Virus record (IMG/VR): IMGVR_UViG_3300009545_000018
Coordinates: 186,001 to 250,000 of that record
DNA: 64,000 nt
Reading direction: 5' to 3' (one strand)
Shown: piece after piece, positions 20,234 through 26,959 of the stretch
How positions within the stretch are numbered: the first letter of the stretch is position 1
Layout: each line of letters starts with the position of its first letter
Program-made: the position numbers and the translations under genes
The notes under the pieces: generated by a model
Told to the model about the DNA's origin: nothing
Seen by the model: only the letters and a program-made list of their open reading frames with translations
Databases searched by the model: none

Positions 20234-21724
20234 ATGAGTATAATTAAAACAATTATTGATTTTTATGGATCCGATTTTATGAGATTCAAAAAAGTATTAG
20301 ATATTGGCTGTGGGCATGGTGATATTAGTGGAGCCTTATGTAGATTAGGTAGTGATGTTACTTGTGTTGATGCTAGACAAGATTATTTAAAGATAATTTC
20401 AAAAAAATATTCTAGTATTAAAGTAGTTAAAGCAGATTTAGATGGAACTTGGCCATTTATTGGTAAAAAATTTGATTTAATTATTGATGTTGGGCTTTTA
20501 TGTCATTTGAGAGATTATGAGGCTCACCTAAAAGCTATTTGTCAATCTACTACACATTTAGTATTGGAAAGTGCCGTTTGTGACTCTAATGACGCTTATA
20601 GGTGCGTTTCTGTTGCCGAGAACCCTAAACTTAGTAATCTTTCAGCAAATGGATTAGGATGCCGCCCCAGTGCCTTAGCAATTGAAAGAATATTAAAAGA
20701 ATGTGGTATGAATTTTAAAAGAATTGATAATTCTAAATGTAATTCTGGAAAAAATATTTATGATTGGATCGAATCTAATGATGAAAGTATTGATTTAAAC
20801 AAAAGAAGAATTTGGTTTGCTATTAAATCTACCACTGCAAGTAAACTTAACTCTGTAAATTTTATTAATAAATCTTCAGTTCCACCTCCACCAATAAAAG
20901 GTTTTGTGCCTATACTTAAAGACAGTAAAGTACCTGTAACTCATTCTAATACTATTAGTGCTAGCCCCAAACAATTAAATCCACAACATAAAATATTAAA
21001 GGTTGCTATTTGCTTATCTGGACACATGAGGACATTTGAAAATAACTTTCAAAGTTTCAAAGATAATATTCTATCTAAATATGATTGTGATGTATTTATT
21101 CATACTTGGGATATTATGGGTTCATCATTTAGATTTACTGATAATAAATTACATTTAGTAAATACACAAAAATATTTAGAGAAAATAGAATTATTTTATA
21201 ACCCTAAAAAAATCGTTATTGAGCCTTTTAGATTGTTTGATTTAACACCACTTATGAAACAAAGAGCGGTTCATGGCAGAGATGCAGGCGGAACAATTAG
21301 TATGTATTATAAAATTGAGGCTTGTAATAATCTTAAAAAAGAATATGAAAAAGAAAATAATATGACTTATGATTGTGTTATTAGATACAGATCTGACCTA
21401 CATTTAGATCAACCTTTTCCATTAACTACTGGCACTGACTTATCAGCTATACATGTTCCTATGTATGGAAATTTTGGTGGAATTAATGATCAATTAGCTT
21501 TTGGTAATTCTGCCTTAATGGATATATATTGCTCGCTATATTCTAATATTGAAAACTTATTACAAAATGGCGCCAATTTAAATCCAGAGAAACTTTTAAT
21601 GGCTCACGTTAATTCCTATAATATTCCAATTATTAAAGATTATATTAAATATAGTATTAGAAGGGCTAATGGTATGGTACAAGATAATATGTTGTTAGAG
21701 CGGGCATTGGGATTCATTAAATGA
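20234..21724 (+). CDS. Class I SAM methyltransferase fused to a putative glycan-modifying domain
   Basis: VLDIGCGHG, CVDAR, GLLCHL; low-complexity Pro linker; then VAICLSGHMRTF...YDCVIRYRSDL...NDQLAFG. Confidence 0.75.
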   Translation: MSIIKTIIDFYGSDFMRFKKVLDIGCGHGDISGALCRLGSDVTCVDARQDYLKIISKKYSSIKVVKADLDGTWPFIGKKFDLIIDVGLLCHLRDYEAHLKAICQSTTHLVLESAVCDSNDAYRCVSVAENPKLSNLSANGLGCRPSALAIERILKECGMNFKRIDNSKCNSGKNIYDWIESNDESIDLNKRRIWFAIKSTTASKLNSVNFINKSSVPPPPIKGFVPILKDSKVPVTHSNTISASPKQLNPQHKILKVAICLSGHMRTFENNFQSFKDNILSKYDCDVFIHTWDIMGSSFRFTDNKLHLVNTQKYLEKIELFYNPKKIVIEPFRLFDLTPLMKQRAVHGRDAGGTISMYYKIEACNNLKKEYEKENNMTYDCVIRYRSDLHLDQPFPLTTGTDLSAIHVPMYGNFGGINDQLAFGNSALMDIYCSLYSNIENLLQNGANLNPEKLLMAHVNSYNIPIIKDYIKYSIRRANGMVQDNMLLERALGFIK

Positions 21725-22407
21725 AAATAGCAATTTGCTTATCAGGTCATTTAAGAAAATTTGAAAACACTTTTCCTTCTTTAGAAAAATATTTTCTTAG
21801 TCGATATGATTGTGACATTTTTATTCACACTTGGGATAAATTAGGATATCAATCCAGATTTAAACATGATTCAAGCATTAATAATACTGAACATAAGTTA
21901 GATATAATTAATTTATCATATAAGCCCAAGAAAATAGTTATAGAATCAAGTGATTTTATTGAAACTTTAAGAAAAGAATCTGTTTCGTATGCACCATACT
22001 TATTAAATGAGCCAAAGCCACCACATCATATGGCTTCTATGTTTTATAAAATCTTTGCATGTAATGAACTTAGAAAATATTATCAATTAGAAAATAAAAT
22101 AGAATATGATTGGATTATTAGATGTAGAAGTGATTTATTATTTCATGGTAATATTAATCTTCCAAATTTAGATATTGAAAATAAAATATTTATACCGCGT
22201 TCTATTTTTCATCCACAATGGTATAATGATCAATTTGCTATTGCTTCCCCAAATAACATGGATATATATGCATCTTCTTATTTTGATATTCCAGAATATT
22301 TTAAAATAAAAGAAGAATATTTTCCGGAAAAATTTATGATGTGGACCCTTAATCGTAAAGGTTTTTCGGCAGAAGTTTGTGACGGTCATTTTAGTATTTT
22401 AAGGTAA
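21721..22407 (+). CDS. Stand-alone paralogue of the SG(H)xR / DxxIRxRxD / NDQxA domain, putative glycosyltransferase-like
   Basis: KIAICLSGHLRKF, DIFIHTWD, YDWIIRCRSDL, NDQFAIA, PEKFM; clearly homologous to the C-half of the upstream gene. Confidence 0.7.
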   Translation: MKIAICLSGHLRKFENTFPSLEKYFLSRYDCDIFIHTWDKLGYQSRFKHDSSINNTEHKLDIINLSYKPKKIVIESSDFIETLRKESVSYAPYLLNEPKPPHHMASMFYKIFACNELRKYYQLENKIEYDWIIRCRSDLLFHGNINLPNLDIENKIFIPRSIFHPQWYNDQFAIASPNNMDIYASSYFDIPEYFKIKEEYFPEKFMMWTLNRKGFSAEVCDGHFSILR

Positions 22408-22424
22408 TTTTATTATATTACACT

Positions 22425-22958
22425 ATGGGAAATAAAGGTCGTTTTAATATTTTAAAAAAAATAGCTCAAGGTGCTATTAATCAAATGGTTACTGATGAGG
22501 TAAATAAAAATAAATCAGTAGCAGGATCTCCTACTTCCTTTACAGCCACAAATGCTTATCCTACTATAATTCAAGGTTTTGGTGCCAATAATATTTCTTG
22601 GATTAATGGATTGTCTAACGTATTAAATGATGCACTTTATTATACTAGTAATGGTCAAATTGATTTAAACTGGATGAAATCTAATAATTTTAATGCAGGT
22701 TCATCACAAGTTCCCTCTGAAGATTTAAAAAAAATTATAGCTTTTTGTAAAGCGGTTTACAATTATTTATATACTAATTTGGGACAAAATTTTACCCATT
22801 TGTTACCTAAAGACCAAATATTAGAAAAAGTTAAAATTTTAACTAATAATCAATCTTTAATTAATTTACCAACTGTAACTAATAATGGTCAATTAAGAAC
22901 CAAAATTGGTGGTAATTTAAAAACAATTATTCAAAATTATTTATTGCAAATAAAATAA
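22425..22958 (+). CDS. Hypothetical N/Q-rich protein, possible virion protein
   Basis: 177-aa ORF; N-terminal ILKKIAQ. Confidence 0.7.
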   Translation: MGNKGRFNILKKIAQGAINQMVTDEVNKNKSVAGSPTSFTATNAYPTIIQGFGANNISWINGLSNVLNDALYYTSNGQIDLNWMKSNNFNAGSSQVPSEDLKKIIAFCKAVYNYLYTNLGQNFTHLLPKDQILEKVKILTNNQSLINLPTVTNNGQLRTKIGGNLKTIIQNYLLQIK

Positions 22959-22979
22959 GTCAGTTATAGAGACTATAAA

Positions 22980-23765
22980 ATGTCTAATAATACTCTTAAA
23001 GACCGCATTGAGTCTTATCAAAAAACTACAAATTATACCCTGCTTAACAAAGTTCCGCTAATAATTAATGTTAATGGTAAAAATTTTTCAAAAATTACTT
23101 CATTATTAGAAAAGCCTTATGATAGTAATTTTGCTGAATGTATGTTTTCTACTGGATTAAGATTATGTAATGATATTGAAGGTATCGTTTTTGGTTATCA
23201 ACATAACGATGAAATTACTTTAATTATGCGTAATAATCAAAATGATGATACTATTCCTTGGTTTGATAATAATCTACAAAAAATTTGTTCAGTTACCTCT
23301 GCTATTGCAACCATGCATTTTAATGAATGTGCTTCTGAAATTAAAATGAATATGTTGGGAGATCCAATATTTACATGTGAAATATTTCCAGTACCTACAG
23401 TTGCAGAGGCTATTAATACTATGGTGTTTAAGCAACAACAAAATTTTCTTAGTTCTCTTCATTTTGCTTGTTTATACGAATTATTAAAAACTCATGATAA
23501 ACACACTATTAAAGAAATGTTATCTGGATTAAGTTCTGATGAAAAAATTGACTTATTAAAACAAGAAGCTAAAATAGATTTTAATAATTATCCATTACCA
23601 TTTAAACGAGGAATAGGTTATTATAAGGTTCCTAAAATAGTAGATGGTAAAATGAAAGCTAAATGGTTTCTTAATTCGGAATTGCCAATTTTTACTAGAG
23701 ATCAATCTTTTTTAAATAATATTTTAAAAAATGGGATGGATATTTTTAGAGAAAATGGTTTGTAA
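22980..23765 (+). CDS. Thg1-like (3'-5' polymerase fold) protein, first catalytic Asp apparently replaced by Asn
   Basis: LKDRIESYQ, IINVNGKNFSKIT (canonical xDGxxFxxxT), YQHNDEITL, WFDNNLQKICSV, FKRG. Confidence 0.8.
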   Translation: MSNNTLKDRIESYQKTTNYTLLNKVPLIINVNGKNFSKITSLLEKPYDSNFAECMFSTGLRLCNDIEGIVFGYQHNDEITLIMRNNQNDDTIPWFDNNLQKICSVTSAIATMHFNECASEIKMNMLGDPIFTCEIFPVPTVAEAINTMVFKQQQNFLSSLHFACLYELLKTHDKHTIKEMLSGLSSDEKIDLLKQEAKIDFNNYPLPFKRGIGYYKVPKIVDGKMKAKWFLNSELPIFTRDQSFLNNILKNGMDIFRENGL

Positions 23766-23784
23766 AATTTAAAAATAGTTTGAC

Positions 23785-23814
23785 TTGACGAAACTTTACC
23801 AGAGGTTATATTAT
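23785..23814 (+). promoter_or_regulatory. Sigma70-like promoter for the tRNA-Thr/tmRNA cluster
   Basis: TTGACG at 23785-23790; TATATT at 16-nt or TATTAT at 18-nt spacing; tRNA starts at 23841. Confidence 0.6.
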
Positions 23815-23840
23815 AGGCATAACAAAACATTTTTAAATAC

Positions 23841-23914
23841 GCTGATTTAGTATAGTGGTATTACCCCGCCCTTGTAACGCGGTCACAACAGTTCGATTCT
23901 GTTAATCAGCTCCA
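23841..23914 (+). tRNA. tRNA-Thr(UGU)
   Basis: Cloverleaf: GCTGATT/AATCAGC acceptor, anticodon loop CT-TGT-AA (C31:C39 mismatch), TTCGATT T-loop, encoded CCA. Confidence 0.9.
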
Positions 23915-23981
23915 ATAGATATTGAGAATAAAGAGTAATGAAATGTAACATTATTCTCAACATTTCAGCAATATCTAATAC

Positions 23982-24056
23982 GCTGTGGTAATTCAGTGAT
24001 AGAATCCCTGCATGGTAAGCAGGTTGTCGCGGGTTTGATTCCCGCCCACAGCTCCA
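23982..24056 (+). tRNA. tRNA-Thr(GGU)
   Basis: GCTGTGG/CCACAGC acceptor, CCTGC-ATGGTAA-GCAGG anticodon arm, GCGGG-TTTGATT-CCCGC T arm, CCA. Confidence 0.9.
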
Positions 24057-24074
24057 AATATTATAGGAATTATA

Positions 24075-24260
24075 ATGAATTATGTATGTTCAAATTGCGG
24101 ACATATTTGTGGTAAAGACACTCGTATGGGTGTTGATTATTATTTAATATGTAGTTGTAGTTCTAATAAAATTTGGATTGATGATGGTAGAGGCGGATAT
24201 TATTCATATTTGAATGATGCTCACCCAATACCTGCTAATCAATTTAAAAGCAGAAGTTAA
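24075..24260 (+). CDS. Small Cys-rich (Zn-binding) protein
   Basis: AGGA SD; CSNCGHIC...CSC. Confidence 0.6.
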   Translation: MNYVCSNCGHICGKDTRMGVDYYLICSCSSNKIWIDDGRGGYYSYLNDAHPIPANQFKSRS

Positions 24261-24279
24261 ATTCTGTTGTTACGAATAT

Positions 24280-24633
24280 GGGATCGACATAGTTTCGACG
24301 TGGTTTGAAGTATTGAATTGCAAGTCCCTAATTATTGTCAAAGGGTAATATAAACAATAAACGTTCAAATGCAAACGACAATAGCATTGCTCCATTAGCA
24401 CAAGTTGCTTGATGGATACCTTGAGATGAGATATTTTTGGTAATCAAAAAGGTATTAACCCACTAAAAATAGTTCTTAAATTATCTATGGATTTAAGAAT
24501 AAAATAAACATTAGATAGCCTGTAAAGCAAATTTTACAAATGTTGTTAATTACATTCTTAATTAACTAAACTTGTGAATGATTTTCAATATGAATTATCA
24601 CGGATTCCGGGGCAGTACCGGACGATTCCACCA
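24280..24633 (+). ncRNA. ssrA: tmRNA, one-piece; tag (A)ANDNSIAPLAQVA
   Basis: 5' GGGATCG pairs with 3' CGATTCC-ACCA giving a G3:U70 Ala determinant; TTCGAC 5' motif; tag ORF GCAAACGAC...GCT TGA at 24371-24412; T arm TCCGG-GGCAGTA-CCGGA. Confidence 0.92.
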
Positions 24634-24650
24634 AATAAGTAAATATCATC

Positions 24651-24944
24651 ATGATTAAAATTGTAGATTGGTTGCAACCATTAATAGATTGGTTTTGGGA
24701 TAATAGAAAAACCATTTTATTACAAGCAGAATCTAATACAGAAACTCTTGGAGACTATTTTGGTTACAATATTTATTATCCTAAATATGGCGGCATTCCA
24801 GAAGAAATTTATAAACAATTATCCGCAAAGCATTTAAGTACTTTAAATGTATGGACCGTTTATTTATTACAAACGACAAAAAACAAAAAAGAATTTAGTC
24901 AATCATTAATGAATGAATTAACCAATTATACTGTTATTGTTTAA
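24651..24944 (+). CDS. Hypothetical protein
   Basis: 97-aa ORF. Confidence 0.6.
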   Translation: MIKIVDWLQPLIDWFWDNRKTILLQAESNTETLGDYFGYNIYYPKYGGIPEEIYKQLSAKHLSTLNVWTVYLLQTTKNKKEFSQSLMNELTNYTVIV

Positions 24945-25542
24945 ATATATTTTTAAAAGTATCAAAGAAATTATTATTTGAAGTATCAATAGGTTCAGGA
25001 TCACTAGATAATTCTTTAATAGTATTTTCAAAAGTATTATCATTCATATATTTGTTAAAATAAAAATTCATTAATTTAACGTAATCAGCTTCAGATGCAG
25101 TATAGTAATAAGCTAATTTGAGTAAATGAGCAAAGGCGGCAGGATTACCAGACTCAACAGCGGACCATGCACTTTTAAATCTATTTGTTAGTTTTTCAAG
25201 ATAAAAGAACGCGCCTTCTTCTATATTTTCAAATGATCTAAACCAAGCTCCAGGATTTTCAGGATCTAAAACGACACGTGTTCCATTAATAATTTCCCAA
25301 ACTCCAGTTAAGGCACAATACTCAATAGTTTTATTAGGATCATCTATTGCTTTTATATTTCCCAAATTAAAATTCCAACAAGATTGTCCTTCTCCCGTTT
25401 CCACTCCCCATTGAGAATATAAAACGCCAATTTGTTCTTTTTTTGGAAATGAACCAAACTTATTTTTCCAGGCTATAGTTACTGATTTAATATAATCATT
25501 TTTAGTAAATTTTGTTTTTATGGCAGGGACTCTTTTTAACAT
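24934..25542 (-). CDS. GH73/glucosaminidase-like peptidoglycan hydrolase
   Basis: SQWGVETG (catalytic Glu), NFNLGNIK, FRSFENIEEG...Y, YYTA..Y. Confidence 0.72.
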   Translation of the reverse strand: MLKRVPAIKTKFTKNDYIKSVTIAWKNKFGSFPKKEQIGVLYSQWGVETGEGQSCWNFNLGNIKAIDDPNKTIEYCALTGVWEIINGTRVVLDPENPGAWFRSFENIEEGAFFYLEKLTNRFKSAWSAVESGNPAAFAHLLKLAYYYTASEADYVKLMNFYFNKYMNDNTFENTIKELSSDPEPIDTSNNNFFDTFKNIFKQ

Positions 25543-25563
25543 TGCAACCTCTTCATTAAAGAT

Positions 25564-25788
25564 ATGGAAATATTAACTGACATTTTTTATGATGAAAATG
25601 GTTTAGCAAAAATATTCTATATAGAGCCAGTGTTTGGGTGCTCTAATGTTAAATTAGCAACAGGTGTTTATTATTTATATAATGAGCCTTATTATAATAG
25701 AAAAGTGTATTTTCTGTTAGGAAAACAAATTAATTGTAGCTCTAACGAAGAATTTGAAAAAATTTTAAAGCTTAAAGCTTTTATGTAA
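25564..25788 (+). CDS. Small hypothetical protein ending SNEEFEKILKLKAFM
   Basis: 74-aa ORF; C-terminal AF motif. Confidence 0.7.
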   Translation: MEILTDIFYDENGLAKIFYIEPVFGCSNVKLATGVYYLYNEPYYNRKVYFLLGKQINCSSNEEFEKILKLKAFM

Positions 25789-25819
25789 TATTGTTATATA
25801 TAAATTAGGAGAAAATTAA

Positions 25820-26401
25820 ATGTTATAGAACGATCTAATCAAAGATATGCAAAACTGCTTACAAACACAAGGGCAGTCTATTTATCAGCACGGGCTCTCA
25901 GTAAAAGAGCATTATTTTGATTTATTATTTATGTTAAAAGAAAATACCGCACTTCCAGGATGGAGGTTACCAGAATGGTTTTTTCAATATCGAGAACAAA
26001 TATTAAATATATTATTGCCCGAAGATATTGTTAAAGAATATCTTATATTTCATGATTGCGGCAAACCTTATTGTTTACTAATTGATGAAGAAGGTGGTAG
26101 ACATTTTCCAAATCATGCAGATAAATCTTATGATATTTGGTTAAAAGTGGGCGGCAATATACAAGCAGCTAAACTTATGAAAATGGATATGTTAATTCAT
26201 AAAATGAAGGCTGTAGATATTGACCAATTTATAAAAAATCCAGAAGCTATTACACTACTTTTAAGTGGATTAGCTGAGACACACTCTAACGCTAAAATGT
26301 TTGGAGGAATAGAATCAGAATCATTTAAGATTAAGTGGAATCAAATTAACAAACGTGGTAAGGTTATTTGTAACAAATTATTTAATACAAAGGAAAAATA
26401 A
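25820..26401 (+). CDS. HD-domain protein with in-frame amber at codon 3 (ORF track starts it at 25847)
   Basis: AGGAG (25807-11), 8 nt, then ATG TTA TAG AAC GAT CTA ATC AAA GAT ATG in frame with the 184-aa ORF; QHG...FHDCGKP...HFPNHA HD motifs. Confidence 0.75.
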
Positions 26402-26746
26402 ATGTCGTAGATTCAATCAAATGATAAATTATATGTTGTGACTCGTGAAGATATTTCAAAAGGATATCAAGGAGTGCAAGGTATACACGCAGCAATTCAG
26501 TTTGCAATTGAACATCCTCAACTTAATAAAGAATGGTTTGAGAAATCTAATTATTTAGGATTTCTATCTGTAAATAATGAAAAAGATTTATTAGATTTGT
26601 CTCAAAAAGCATTAGAACTAGGAATTGAGTTGTCTATATTTAGAGAGCCAGATATAGATAATGCAGTAACTGCAATAGCCTTGGCGCCAGGCAAGAAAAG
26701 TAAAAAACTTTGCAGCAAACTAAATTTAGCTATGAAAGAAAAATAA
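26402..26746 (+). CDS. PTH2-fold (peptidyl-tRNA hydrolase 2/PTRHD1-like) protein with in-frame amber at codon 3 (ORF track starts it at 26438)
   Basis: AAGGA SD and TAA-ATG coupling; ATG TCG TAG ATT CAA TCA AAT GAT AAA TTA TAT GTT GTG; KLYVVTREDI...QGIHAA...FREPDI...VTAIALAP. Confidence 0.8.
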
Positions 26747-26752
26747 ATTTAT

Positions 26753-26874
26753 GCGTCAGTAGCTCAATTAAAGTGAAAGTAGTACATTAACGTGATGTAT
26801 AATAAATGAGTATCTTAAGACCGAGCAGTCCATATTTAATGGAAAGGATGCAAGTGCAAATCTTGCCTGGCGCC
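26753..26874 (+). tRNA. tRNA-like RNA (UUU, Lys-like) with a 57-nt D-loop
   Basis: GCGTCAG/CTGGCGC acceptor, D-stem GCTC (26762-65)/GAGC (26823-26), anticodon loop TA-TTT-AA, GCAAG-TGCAAAT-CTTGC T arm; no encoded CCA. Confidence 0.65.
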
Positions 26875-26880
26875 CTATAT

Positions 26881-26954
26881 TCTCCTGTAAGTTCAGCGGT
26901 TAGAACTATGCTCCCTAAAAGCATTGGTCGTAGGTTCGAATCCTACCAGGAGAG
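26881..26954 (+). tRNA. Amber suppressor tRNA (CUA) #1, U1-A72/G73 body
   Basis: TCTCCTG/CAGGAGA acceptor, ATGCT-CCCTAAA-AGCAT anticodon arm (CTA at 26915-17), GTAGG-TTCGAAT-CCTAC T arm; C33; followed by CAA, not CCA. Confidence 0.8.
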
Positions 26955-26959
26955 CAAAT

